64,000 nt of DNA. It comes from Neocallimastix sp. 'constans'. Taxonomy: Eukaryota. The notes beneath the pieces were generated by a model. That model saw only the letters and a program-made list of their open reading frames with translations, was not told where the DNA came from and did no database searches. The DNA is taken from positions 248,001 to 312,000 of the forward strand of contig JBODTK010000120.1 in the NCBI GenBank assembly GCA_050613775.1, read 5' to 3'. The first letter of the stretch is position 1. Each line of letters opens with the position of its first letter. Below are positions 1 through 14,500 of this stretch, piece after piece. Made by a program: the position numbers and the translations under genes.

Positions 1-61
1 AATCGTAGATTTAATTAAGAATGCATTATTTAGTACATTCTTATCAATTTATGCAATGACT

Positions 62-133
62 GGGGATATAACTCAGTGGTAGAGTGCTTGCTTTGCATGC
101 AAGAAGCCTCGGGTTCGATCCCCGATATCTCCA
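62..133 (+). tRNA. tRNA-Ala(TGC), intronless
   Basis: Cloverleaf: acceptor stem GGGGATA/TATCTCC with the Ala identity G3:U70 pair; D-arm with AGTGGTA; anticodon stem CTTGC/GCAAG with loop TTTGCAT; T-loop GGTTCGATCC. A T-run (Pol III terminator-like) follows at ~144. Confidence 0.97.
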
Positions 134-193
134 GAATTCACAATTTTTGATTCATGTATTTTTTTTATTATTAATATTATTATTCAATAAAGT

Positions 194-250
<57 letters not shown>

Positions 251-364
251 TCGCTTGATGAAATCAATAAGTTACCTCAATGACCAATTTATTTTGCATT
301 ACCTTTATTCTCTTCTTATTTATCTATTTTAGATTATGAAAAAACAAATTAATAATATATTTTT

Positions 365-562
365 ATGTTTCTTCTTGGCGGAACTTTAGCTTTAGATGTG
401 ATACAATTCGATACAAGGAAACAGAAATACTTAAAAGAACTTGTATTAAAGAATTTTGAGTCTAATGCTCCCTATAGAGTTAGCTTCACGGATTACCTCA
501 CTAACAAAATAACAATCGTTTGTAGCTCTATTGAGTTACTCTTTGACGAACACCTTTCTTAA
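365..562 (+). mobile_element. Degenerate non-LTR retrotransposon C-terminal fragment, opposite orientation to its neighbours
   Basis: The translation begins FLLGG, the same motif found in the C-terminal segments of the minus-strand copies at 2421-2612 and 4171-4506. Confidence 0.5.
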
Positions 563-569
563 TATTAAA

Positions 570-1200
570 TGATTCCGATAATTGTCCATCAACCCTTACA
601 CAAGTCTTGGAAGATAAGTATAATTTTCCAATAAATAAATGGCACTTAGCATTATATATGGGAATCGAGTCATACTTCTTTTTAAAGTCCAAAAAAAGCA
701 AGGTAAGTATCTTTTATTTTCAAATTTTCTTCTCTGATATATAATTCTTAATGAAGTGTAAAGACCTATACACTCTTTTCGGGTTATAAAATCCACATTG
801 TTCTGGTTTTATAAATCCTTTATCAATTCCATATTTAAAGATTCTATTAGTGATGATTTTTGCCACAATTTTTAATTCATTATTGATAAGAGAGATGCCA
901 CAGTAGTAATTACAATTTGATGAATCACCTTTTTTATGAGTAGAAACTATCGATGCATTATTCTATGATTTTAGAAAATCATCATTCCAAATACGATAGA
1001 TTAAGGTTTTAAGACATTTAAAACCAGACGAAATATTACTATTATTTTGATTAGATTCTTCTGAATCATCTTTATCAGGAATCGAGGCTTTGAAGAATTT
1101 CATTTGAATTGCATCAGGACCACAAGCTTTAAAGTTAGGGGTTAATGAGATTGCTTTTCTAATTTCTACATCGCTAATATCTTTGTTAATTTCTCATTCT
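570..1200 (-). mobile_element. Degenerate LINE reverse transcriptase fragment, N-terminal RT motifs
   Basis: Frameshifted minus-strand translation gives KACGPDAI (KAPGPDG-like), IVSxHKKGDxxNCNYYCGISLINN, QCGF...EC, and AFLDFKKKYDSIP (FxDFxKAYDS-like). Confidence 0.85.
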
Positions 1201-1900
1201 TATTGCCTTGGATTGGGAAGCCATTACTAATTTCAGGATACTTGAAGTTGAGCTTAAGGTAGTCTCTAGTTTTCTCAAACTTATTTTTCTTATAAGCCTT
1301 AGCTTTGATTGATTTTCTTGCCATATCTCTATCCCAGTAAAAGTTTTTAATTGCTTTTTTTGATGGAAACTTATCTAATTTGTCTGCTAAAATTTTATTT
1401 TCTTTATCCAATGCATGACGTCTACAAAGAGATATATCTCTAACTAAATCAGAAATAATACATTTCGAGTTTTTCTATTTTTTAAAACACCTTACCTGAG
1501 CAATCGTACATTTCACCGAAAGAGGAGGAATGTTAAGTTCTTTAGAAACACAATAAAGGGATGTAAAGTTATTCCTTTAGAAAATCCTTCAATCCAGTAT
1601 AATCCTGAATTAACTAGTGTCTGTGTACTTCTCGTTCTTTCTTTGTTAGATCCAAGTAGAGGTGAATAATATGAAACTTGTCCAATTACTATAGCTGAAA
1701 ATAACATTCTTTCATAAGGATAGGAATACAAGGATTCTTAAGAAATCCTTTTATAGAATAAAATGCTTTTCTAATTTTATTATTCATTGTATATATAATT
1801 GGTTTCAGTTCTAAATCATTTGAAAACGGTACACCTAGGTAGGTATAGCAATTCGTTTTAGGTAACTCTTGATTTAAAAGATAAAAGGTAGGGTTACTAT
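1200..1900 (-). mobile_element. Degenerate LINE fragment, RT C-terminus and thumb
   Basis: YTYLGVPF (RT YLG motif), WIEG, AQVRCFKK and IKNFYWDRDM, with several stops and frameshifts. Confidence 0.8.
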
Positions 1901-2309
1901 TATTAAGAAATCTTGAAACTTCCACTCGCACAACTAAAATAATGAAATTCAATTTGGTATCAATCCTTAGCAATGGAATTAGTAGTGTTGATAAATTTTT
2001 CAACTATTCTATCTACTGAAAGTTCTTCATTTCCTAATTTTTCACTAAGAATCATTGATAGATTTTTTTTTATCAGCAAACTTGTTTCATATTTATTAAT
2101 TAAATATTTAATAAAATACATGTAATAAAAAGAAAAAAAAAAGATAAAAGAATAAACAAAAAAAAAAAAAACACAAAATAAAATAAAATAATGGTATAAT
2201 GTATTCTAGATTCATTTAATTAAGTTAAACAAGGGCATTATAATACTGTAGTATAATAATTATTTTTGATTTCACAACATTAATCATAATTTTAAGATAT
2301 GAAATTATG

Positions 2310-3335
2310 ATCTTATTTGGTTGCGCTAGCCCTGCTGGGCTGTCTTATTGTTTCTTCAGCATTGATGCTCTTGGTAGTAGTAATAGAATTTGATTTGAAC
2401 TTATTGAACAAAGACCATTGTTAGCCAATAGTAATAGGTATAATCGATTGAAGAAGAGCCTCAGTAACCACCAAGAATGGAGTGTCAGAATAAACAACTA
2501 ATTTCATCTGGCACTTAAATAGATCCTTCCATTCCCTTGTACTGTTATTAATACTTCTTCCTCCAAGAAGGAAAGTAAACACTTTTTCACACACACTAGA
2601 ATTAACATACACATTATTTTCAATACTATTGCTAATATTACTAATAATACTAATATTATTATAACTATTATTACTGTTACTATTATTGCTGTTACTATTA
2701 TCATTATCACTATTAACGTTGTCATTTGTTAGGTTGCCACGGTTAAAAGAGTTATATAAGAATAAGATTTATCATTGACTTTACTACGAATATGATTGAA
2801 AAATAAACAATCAATTAACCAATGCCTTATCCATTGTTTATTACTTTTATAATAGGGATAAAAATTAGGGCACACTTGATCTATTATTTTTGCAGCTTTA
2901 TCAATTCTAGCATATATATGCTTCGTGCTCTCAATAACCAACAGAAACCATATGAAAGATCAGGATATTCATAACAAAGTTTTATAAAATCTGATGTTTC
3001 TTCGAATCAGTTTTTGTCATAAAATTCAGCTTTAATTGAATTGATTTTCATATCTCTATTCCAATAAAAATCTTTGATTTCTTTATCGTTACTACCTATT
3101 TACTCTAGTTTACGTTTAAGAGCTCTACTTTCTTTCGTCCATGTATATTTTTTAGATTTTGGAATATTATTAATTAAATAGGAAATAATACAATTTGAAT
3201 CTTTCCATTTATAAAAACATTTGACTTGAGATAAATCACACTTAGCTGACAATGGAGGAATATTTAAATCTTTTGAAATAGAATATATAGTAATAAAAGA
3301 TTTGGCTTTATGTAAACCTGCAATCCATCTTAATC
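2310..3335 (-). mobile_element. Degenerate LINE 3' fragment with a C-terminal Cys/His knuckle-like motif
   Basis: IKDFYWNRDM is paralogous to the 1200-1900 copy. Also CPN...HWLIDC, FLLGGR, and the terminal TKSINAEETIRQPSRA. Confidence 0.8.
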
Positions 3336-4170
3336 CTTAATATATGATAAGCATTTTAATATTTATATCATTGATAGATATAAATATTAAAATACTTATC
3401 ATATATAAGGTTTTTACTAATTCAAAAAAATTTTTTTTTTAAATTAATTAAATATATATTTTAATTGTTTTTTATATAATAAATCTAAGTTTAATATTTT
3501 CTGTTGTTCATGATGTAATCCATTTCTTATATTATATTTTGAATATTTAAAAAAAAGATCATCATCTATACCTTATATTAATCATATATAATTTAAAAGT
3601 ATTCATGTATTTTATAAAAGAATAAGTAAATAATGATTAAAGTTCGCAATAATTATCTTAGAAAGTTTTATCTTATAATAAATATAATTATTTAATAAAA
3701 ATAATTATAAAAATTATCTTAGAAAGTTTTATAATTATTTAATAAAAAATAAATTAATAATAAATAATACTAATTAATTATTATATATTTTAATTATCTA
3801 TTATATAATAATTAAACTAAATTATTTATTATTATAGAATGTAAATATTCTCAAAATACATTAGGATAAAAAAGTTTTACATAATAAAATTGGTTTTTTC
3901 CCATGCATTGAATCTTTTTTTATAATAATTTGGATATGAAAAGTTGTCTCTCTTCCTATATTTAATTTATATTATTATTATTATTATTATAATTGTTGAT
4001 ATTTATTAGCTATAAAAAAAAAATTAACAGAATTAATAAAATAGATAAATATTATTTGTCCAAATTGAACATAATAATAATTGAAATAGGAACGTGAAAT
4101 AAAAAGTAATAATCAAAAATAAGTATAAATTAATTCAGAAAAAAGTTCATATTCGACGAACCTCACTTCC

Positions 4171-5000
4171 TTATGAATTAGGGTTTGAATTGACTATCTG
4201 AAAGAAATTATGGTCTTCTCCTTCAGAGGCATGGGCTCTGCTAGCCTGTCTTAGTGCATTTTCAGCGTTGACGCTTTTGGTTAGTTTGCGCTTATATTTT
4301 CGGAATAGTAACTTTTGCAGAGTACTAGCCCGAGGTATAATTTCTGTAAAGAGAGTCGCAGATCGCATCAAGAATGGCGTTTTTGAATAATCATCAGAAA
4401 TGATTTGGTTCTTAAACAAAATATCCCATTCATTTTTATAATTTAAATCTATTATGTTTGCATCCCTTCCACCAAGAAGGAAGTTATATAATCGGTAACA
4501 CGTCACATATATATTTACACACTCATTATTCAGAAAATTACTTTAATTATTACGATTTTCACCAATTGAACTATTCACTAAATTAGTAGTAACGATATTA
4601 TAATTTTCACTATCACTATTTCTACTATTATTAACAGTATTATTTCAATTGATAGTATTACTAATATTATATACTTCGTTACTACTATCGGAATCAGAAC
4701 TTAATTCTATATTATTCATATCTGTGATAACAGTGTTTACATTACTATTTGATATTGGACAATATTTGGAAATTATATATAAAATTTTTAATAAAGAATA
4801 TCAATATCCTTATAATATTTCTTTCAAAATACACGGAAAAGATAGCATTTAGAAAACCAATGTACCAATCGAGGATTACTATTTTTTCTATAACAACAAG
4901 GACACCAGTCTCCTTCAATCAATTTGGCAGTTTTGTTAACACGAACATCAAATTTATATCTACATCTGGCACGAAGTACCTATTGAAAGCCAATACTAAA
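4171..5000 (-). mobile_element. Degenerate LINE 3' fragment, a further copy
   Basis: CQID...CPCC...DWYI knuckle-like remnant, FLLGGR, TPFL, and the terminal TKSVNAENALRQASRA matching the 2310-3335 copy. Confidence 0.8.
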
Positions 5001-5561
5001 TTCAGATATATATACTTTTAATTATTTTTATATAATAAATCTATTTCAAACAATTCAACTCATCATGTATATAATTCCAATTAATATCATATATGTACTT
5101 TATAAAAATACAAAATCCAGTAAATATACCCATATATTCTTTTTTATATATATATGCTTATATATATTATTCTTAATTTATTATTATTATTATTAGTTAT
5201 TTTATATCGTTATAATTATTTATTATTTATTTATTTAATTAATCATAAAATATTTTTTTTTTCATTAAATCTTTATTTTATTATAGATAAATAATAAATT
5301 TCAATATATGGTAATTTTTATGAATAATTTTATATTTACATTGTTCTATAATAAATGAAATAGGAAAAAAAAATTTTTTTAAATAATAAAAATATTTATA
5401 TAGAAAAAATATTGGTGGTATAATTTTTTTTTTGTTTAAAAAAATATCATTATAATGCTATCTTTTTCTATTTTATATATTTTATATAAATATAAATATA
5501 TATATATTATATTTTATGCATTTGTCATGTATATATGAAATATATAAATATATATTTTAAT

Positions 5562-8500
5562 CTAAGATGTATCAGCTACAAGAGCAACACCACGCATAAT
5601 CCAGTAATCTGGAGTTTGTTTATCGGTTCTAAGATCAACATCGAAAATGTAATTAAGATCAGTTCTTCTTGGTCTAAAATGAATTATATATAATTTTAAA
5701 ATATAAAAAAAAAAATAAAGTAATAATAAAAATACAAATAAATTAAGTAAATAATATTATTTAAAATCAGTATTATAGATTAATAATAAATTATTTATAG
5801 TATTATTATATTATTCTATTTTTTGTTTAAACTTACTTTTTATATACTGGACATCTGTATAATCTTGGGTCTGGATCATCACTAGCATTAGTAGCACTCA
5901 CATGAATACATGGCATGGCTTGATAAATTAATTTAGCTTGTGATTCTGCTAAACGAATATTTTTTCTATCCCAACCAGCTCCCTCAATGAATAAACCATG
6001 GATATAAACACCTTCAGCAGGTTGTGAGTTAATATCTTCTTTCATTTGTTTCATAACTTCTGGTTGAAGACGAACACTATCAAGAGCCCAACCTTGATGA
6101 GCACGAGTAATTTCTTGACGTATAGCTGTTAAGAAACCTTGTGGATTAAAGAAACCAGTTAACCAGAAAACATTTGGTCTACCATCATAAAGCCATGTAG
6201 CAAATTGGGCAACTCTTGTTAAAAGTTCAGTATACCAAAGACCTAAAGTTGGAGATTGCCATGATATCTTTACCCAATTATCAGGTACACGAGCATCATA
6301 AAGGGAATCTAAGGCTTGCTTTAGTTGTGAATTCATAATAATAGTACCATCAATAGCTAATTTAAGATCATTAAGAGTTTCACTAACTAATTTTAGAACT
6401 CTTTGAATTCTATCAATTTCTTGACCAAGGAAAATGTTTAATGGTTTCAATAGACCTTGTTTAGTAAGACAGGCCTTCTTCTTTATTGGATCAAAGAATT
6501 CTGGTAATTTACTCAAAAGATCTGTAGCGATATTTTTAACAACATCTTCACGCGTTTCTCCTGAACCAGAACTACTATCCTTTGGTTGAATAGCCATAAT
6601 GGTATCTATTTAAAAAAATAAGAATAATAAAATAAAGTAAAATAAAGTAAAATAAAATAAAATAATATAAAATTAAAAACATAAAATTTAAATTAAAAAA
6701 TAAAAAATTTTTATAATAGATTAATATATTAATTTTATTATTATATTATATTATATTATATTATATTATATTATATTATTTTATATTATATTATATAATA
6801 AACATTTTTTTTTCTTACCTAAAGTTCTTGATGATTCCTTAGTTTGACAAGCAATATCAGCATTTGCATGCAAACCAAATACATCTGGTGTATCAACATT
6901 TGGTAATGTTTCGATGGAGGCACGATAATCTTCAACAGTCTTTAAATGTGGAATTGAATAACCTTTAGCAAAAGTAAAGTTATCTGCAAACATGTGATCA
7001 CCGAACCATACTTTACCCATAGTAACTAAAAGACGTCTATCGTAATCATCTGTAACTCTACCACCATAGTGGACTTCACAGAACATATATCTTGCTGTTG
7101 GCCATGAAATACCCGCCTTTGGTGCAAGTTCATCAACATGGTTTTGAACAAATTGAATACTAGCTGAAAGATCAGATTGGTTAAATTCATATGGAATATT
7201 CCATCCAACAGGACCAAACTTTCTTCTTTCTTGGACAATAGAGTGAAGGAAGGCTAAACCATAAAGCAATGGTTTATATTGTGGCCTATTACTCATATCA
7301 AGCATATCTTGAGTAAGCCAGTTGTATGTACGCTTAAGACCTGCTTTGATACCTTGTGGAGGTTCGTTAGTGAATTTGATAGAAATTTGTAATAAGTTGA
7401 TTGGGAATGCTTCTGATACATCTGTAGTAATCCATAATCTGAATTTTTCATGAATAGTTTCAGATTCTGTAATTAATACTAATAATTCTTCTAAGAATGG
7501 AATACCCAAGTGACAATTTTGTAATAAGGCCCAACCACCATTGGTCATAAATTGAGATAGAAGTTTACGGGCGTGTACTTCTTGACCTTGTCCCATAGAA
7601 ATGGCCTTAATACTCGTCTTATACTTCTTGGAAAGGTTTTCAATATCAGCAGATGGATCAGAACCAGTGGAAAGAAGACAGATCATTGGTGTACGGTTGT
7701 CACTTTCATTCAAAAGGGCGTCTAAATCCAAAACTTGTGATTCAGCATACACTTGTCCAAGTGAATCAGCTATATATTGCTTAGACATCATCATAGTTCT
7801 ATCTAAACACCAGGATCTAACTAATAATAATTTCTTAAAGACAGAAAGTGAAGTATTATATCCACTAGGTAACATTTCATTTTCTGGTGCATCCTTTTCA
7901 TACCAGGCTCTCCATATCTTTTCATTCTTACCAATTTGGTTTAGAAGATCATTGAAACCATTCAACTTACTGAGGGCTACTAAATTAAGCCATGTCATAT
8001 CAGGAATCCAATTGAACGGCTTTTTAGCAACATTATTAATATCTAATGCGGCACCACCACGGATGAAGAATCTGAATTCCTCGTGAAGAATCTTCTTATC
8101 TTGTAAATCAATCTTAAGGGCTAACAGTAGTACGAAAAGTAATTTGTGAATTTCATAGAGACCTCTCGTAACATAAATAAATTCTCTCATGGTACCATAA
8201 TCAATAATATTTTGAATTCTCTTACTTGGAATTGGCGAAGGTGCACTCTTCTCCATACTTTCATCGAAAAGTTGCATAAATTGCTTTAAGGAAATTTGAT
8301 ACATACAATTAACCATACTCATATCTGCAATTAAGAAATAAATAATACTACCACGAGTTGCGACAGGTCTGTATTCTTCTCTAGCAATACTAATCTTCTT
8401 TTGAGTTTCGGCAGCAACGACTAACTTCTCACTGACTTCTTCTGAGGTTTGCTTTGAAATAGCTAATACATCAATAAGCGATTCATCATCAACTAAAGAA

Positions 8501-11500
8501 CCTTCAGTAGATGTTAATCTTTGTAATAAGTTATCTTCTAATTCTTTCATTCTCTTCTTATTAGTATTGACTTCTTCCAATAATTTAGCTCTTTCATTTT
8601 CAAGTTCTTGCTTTTCTCTCATGATGACACGACCAAGCAATTGTTCTTCCAAACCCTTCTGTGTAACAGTGAAATCAATAATAGAACATTTGGCGTAAAT
8701 TTCTGGTGTGTATGTTGGATTAGCTAACTTAGTGGTAATGTACATATTAAAGGTATTCATCCAATCAATTTCTCTATCACCAAAGATAATCTTGTAACCG
8801 TGACCACTCTTAATTAAGTTTCTTTCTAAAATATTATCTAATGTTGGATCTAATGTATCTTCAACATCTTCAATAAGAATTGGTTTACCTTGTGAAATGC
8901 TATCAGCAAGGTGAGTTCTGAAGTATTTATGTGTCAATGTTGTGACACAAAGACCATTTTGTTCTTCTTTTGATTTAATCCATGACTTAGCTTGACCTTG
9001 TGGATCAATAAGTAATGGGAAACGTGTACTCTGAGTAACAATAACACCATTTTCTGTGGAAAGTTCATCCGTTGGAAGACCTTGAATATTCCATTCTCCA
9101 ATAGTAGTATTATCAACAAACAGTAAATTAATATCGATATCAGAAGTATGAGGAATCTTCTTCTTGACAAGTTCCTTCTTCCAGTTTTGTAATAATTTAT
9201 TTCTGAAGGTTTGATTGAATGGTCCACTGTATGACAAGAAAGCAGTAGCCAATGTAACATCACCAACTAAACGTCCAATACGATCCGCAAATTCTTTACT
9301 TTGAATGGTCCAACGTTCCTTTTCACCTTTAAGACCAGCAATAAGCGCTGTGGCTACATTCATCTTTCTCTTATAGCTATCAGCATCATCTTGTAATTTC
9401 TTCTTTTGAGCAATGGCTTCATTATATTTAGCATTAAAGGCATCCAATTCAGCTTGCTTTTCTTGTAATTGGGCTTCTGCATTATTCAAATCGTTCATAG
9501 CCATTTCAAGTTTGTGTTCTTGTACAACAAGATTAGCCTTCAATGGAATAACCTTCTTGTTAATTCCATAGTAGTATGCCATAGCTTTAGTCCAAGAGGC
9601 AAGACCGGCAACATCAGCACTGACCTTTTTAGCACCTTCTAAGTTATAATCAGGCATGTCCATATAACATTGAACCAATTCAACAGTTTCTTCATTAATT
9701 TCATCTTTAGGGAAATTCATTAAAAGTGTAAGGAAATCACTTTGACTCATTAACTTTAAGGATTCAGACCACGATGGTTTACAACAGGCTCTATCTGGAT
9801 CTTGAGTTACAGGATCTAACTTCTTTTTCATCAAAATCAATACACAGTCCATAATACGCATAATTAAATGTGGTGGCTTGGCTAACTTACGGACAGTAGC
9901 AATATGAGCTGGTTGAATAGAGTTTAATGCAGCAGTAGCTTCTTCCAAAGCTGGTTTTGCAGCTTCAAGTTCTGATTCGGCTAATTGCTTATCAGCCTTA
10001 ATAGCATTGGCAATGGTTTCGGCTTTATTCTTGACCTTTAAGACAGAATCTTTTACCTTTTCGGCAGCAGTAGTACTAGCGGTAACTTCAACAAGCACAG
10101 ATTGAGCAGCCTTACCAGCAACAACAAGTTCCTTTTCTTTTATAACTAATTCTTCTTGAAGAGTAGCAACTGATTCAGAGGCTTCTACTAATTTAGCAAG
10201 ACCAGTATTCATTCTATCAGCTAATAAACCAACTTCACTCTTTTTCTTATTATATAAATCAATGTATGATTTAATGAAAGCTAAATAAGATTTTGGTGTG
10301 ACGTAAGTTCTTCTTCTGAATTCAGTAAAGTAGGAATCACATGCTTTAGTAACAAGATCATGTATAAAGGCCATTTGATTAACTAATTCTTTTCTAATAT
10401 TATCTGAACATACAATATCTAATGAGGATAATGACTTTTCTGCTACAGCTCTAAGAGCTAATTATGGAATTAAAATTTATAAAAATATAAAATAAAATTA
10501 AACAAGAAAAAAAAAAAAGATTTTTTGTTAGAACATTAAAAATTTAATTGATAAAATTGAAAAATAAATTATAATAGTATATTTTATTATTTATTCTATA
10601 TAATTATTATAATATATTATAATATAATATATTATATATTTATATAAATTAATAAATTATTTATAATAAATAAAATTTGTTCCTAGTCTATAAAAAACAA
10701 AGGAAAAAAATATAAAAAACCTTCATTTGGCCATTTATTGAACCAATCCATAGTACAACCACTAATTAAACCAGGGAACTTCAAAGATCTATTTCTAAAC
10801 TTTTCACCAACTGGTGAGAAACAAAGAACAACATGAAGATTAGTTTTAACTCTATCTAAGAAGAATTGCCATAAATTTTCAAGTGTATCAAGAACTTGTG
10901 GACGTTGTTTTTTCATTATTGAACGAAGATCTGAAGAAATGGTAATAATTTCATCCTTAGGGAATAAGTTCGCAACTTCACCAGAAGTTAAAACATTATT
11001 AATGTAACCTAAGAAATATTCTTCTTTAACATCATTATCAGTGAAGATGAAAGATACTGGTGTACCATTGGCACCAGCAATCTTATACATATACTTGAAA
11101 TCTTCCATAAGATTTTGTGTTCCATAACTCTTAGAAATTTGGATCTGGTATACTGTACTTTTTGCAATAAAGGAAGCCATCTTAGTTAATGATTGTTTAC
11201 CAGAACCACCAACACCAACTAATAAGGCATTACCTCTTGGAGTACGAATAATACGAGAAATACGCATAATATGCTTCATAGCATCTTCGAAAAGTACAAG
11301 ATCCATTCTTGAACCTCTTACGGTTTCATTATATTGTTTCATATAGTCAAATAATCTGTTCTTTAAAACTTCGAAAGATGGAATACTTTCATAAATCTTG
11401 TAATCTTCGGCATCAGTTTCCTCTTCTTCTTCAGCATCATCATTTTCTGGCTGATCTCTTAAGAAATCAACAAAGTAACTCTTTTTAGCTACAACATGTC

Positions 11501-14500
11501 CTAATTCTTCACCAAATTCCTTAACAGCATAAGCAGTAATTGTTTTGTCAAACCATTCAACATCTTCATTACAAATAAATCTATCTGGAATAACTCTAGA
11601 ACATTCATGTTCCCATAAATTAAGTAAAGCCTTTGGAGAATCAATAATTTCTGGTACACCCTTTAACATTCCTTCAATGATACGACTCAAATCACGAAGA
11701 TTAAAGTTGTAGTGGAACTTAGCTGGAGTTGGAAGCATCTTTGTTTTAGTGGCTTGCCATACCTTTCTAGTTAAAGAGGTCAACTTCGTCACAATTTCGA
11801 TAACTGGTTTCTGGAATCCTCTCTTAACATGGAAGTGACCCTTAAGTATAGTACCGAAAATTCTATCAATAGAAACGTCAGATGGAATAGTACAGTTAAT
11901 AATAACAAATTGTCTCTTTAATCTTTCTGGAATATCATTACGACCACCACCAGGATGCATCATAGCACCCAAGTACATTAAATCGACAATACTAGTCCAA
12001 TCACCAGGTCTATCTAAAGAATAGAAACCTTGGTTTTCAATCATTTGACGTACAATTTCAGCAGCAATTTGATCTCCCCATTCATTAATTTCTGGCATAT
12101 TAATATCATCAATAAAGATAAACATTTTTTTACCAGCTGGTGGACCATACGTAGAACCCATACGTTTATCTAAGTAACTTTCAATGGTTCTTTGAATAAT
12201 CATTGGAGTTGTAGCTGATGAGAAACTGATGTTCTTCTGTAAATGAGTTTCTGGATTTAATTTACCGAGATACTTTTGCATAGTAACAGTCTTTGCAGTA
12301 CCTGGTTCACCAATTAATAAGACTGGTTTAGATTGCTTAGCAACGGTATCAATTAAAAATTCGGTTCTAACATTATCGACAGTTGGAATAATAATTTTAC
12401 AGTATTCTGGATCATGATCTGTTGGATAAATCCATTGTGGAACCTTTTCACTCCAGTGACACCATTCACCATTATCATTAACAAAGAATTCATAAATAGT
12501 ATCTTGAGTTTCTGGATCCAATTTTGGATAGTTAAGATCTGGAATATTTTGGAAACAGAATTCTTGGAACATTTTACGTTCATCAAGTTCAAGTAAGGAA
12601 CCAAATGACCAGAACATAGAAAATACGAAAATATTTTCTAAGTAGCTTGAAGAAACACTTGTTTTACCATCTGACTTTGGAATTAAACCATTCAACATAG
12701 TACAACAGGTAGAAATGTAATTGTTTACTGGGCAAATCATTTTAGGATGAAGATCATTATTAACATATTGAGTAGCAATACCGAAAGAGCGATTAAATAA
12801 TGGTTCAAATACAGCAACTTCATTTGCACTCTTAGATTTATACCATGATTGAACATAAACATCCCATGGTAAGGCATTAACACCAATATAAATCATACCA
12901 CATCTAGATACAGTAGCAGGACTAGCATTTTGTAAACTGTGAACTTCAAAGACAAGCTTACATGTAGGAGACATAGTAATTCTATCACCATTAGCAAGAG
13001 TTAAACACTTATTATCATCGAGTACACTATTAAGGTTTTCAATCCATACAGCATCTACTGGACCATCTAAAGTAATCCATAAATATTCACCTTCCTTCTT
13101 TTTTAATGATTTTCTCCAAATAGCAGAGAAAATACCATCAGTCCAATCATTAGTAGCAACATCTAATCTACCAAACATTTGATAATCTGTAATAGCCTTT
13201 GGATTCATCTTAATTTCTTTGTGTGGCTCACCACAATTAGTCATAGCCTTTAATAAGGTATGAATACAACATGTCTTACCAGTACCAGTTGGACCTAAGA
13301 CCATAATACCATGTCTTACATTATTAGTTTCGTAAAGTTGAATAATCTTTAAGACCCATTGAGGATATGGAATTAAATTATCTTCATTTAATTGCTGTTC
13401 TACAGCAGCTTCAATAGCTGGATAAGAAGCCTTCTTTGGTTGAAGACCAGGGAAAAGATCGTTAACAAGACTAAGGAAAAGTGATTCATCTTCATCGACA
13501 AGCTTAGACAAATTCATATCTCTTAATACTCTCATAATAATCATATTTTCACTATCTTCTGGATTAGCACGCTTCACAGAACCACAAGTTCTAAGTACAG
13601 ATAAAATATTTCTGAGACCAAAGTCATAGTGAACTTGTTGTGAAAGTTGTTCTTCACATAATCTATAAAGGACAAAGAACTTCTTAGCTAAAATAATATT
13701 ACTAACAAAACCACTACCGGCAAGCTTTACACGAATAATAATTTGACGATCTGGAACCATCATAGCTACATATCTAAAGTGTACCTTAAGATTTTCTGGT
13801 AATTCTACACGACCAGCATAACCTGGATTCATGGTAATGAAAATACCAAATTCTGGATTAAGATCAACAGTTTCACCATCAGTAAAGACAAAGTTCTTCT
13901 TTCTTTCTTTCTTAGCAGCAAGAACACAACCAATTTGTTGAGCCGCGACAGAAAGTACAGGAAGTTCAATACGGTTAAATTCATCAAAGTCACCCCAACA
14001 ACCACTTTGTGCTAAACCTTTGAAAATTCTACCAAGACCACGGTAATCCATTTGATCGGAACAATTGAAGACGACAACCCATTTACCAAGGGCTTTACCC
14101 ATATCCTTAACAGTTTCAGTCTTACCAGTACCAGCAGGACCAGCTGGAGAACCACCTAATGACATACCCATAGCTTGGGCTAAAGTAATATAACATCTAT
14201 CAGTTAATGGTGTAATAACTAATCTTTCCGTACAACCTAAATATTCACATTGATATTTGAAATCAAAGTTCGTAATGGATACAACACAACAATCTTTAGT
14301 ATCTTGCCAGTAGAAACGAGCTTGTTTTAACCATTCGAAATCTTCTGCTGACTTAATATGAGTTTTAAATAATTTTTCAAATACATCACGATGGTGTACT
14401 TGAATTGTAATGAAAGTTTCGAATTTAGTACGATCCATTTTTGTTAAATCTCTAGTAGTAACTTCAATTAATGAATTTAAAATTTCAGTGATTTTAGCAT

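Noticed and set aside
84..332. 82-aa ORF overlapping the tRNA
   Set aside because: It runs through the tRNA and poly-T/poly-A tracts and is spurious.
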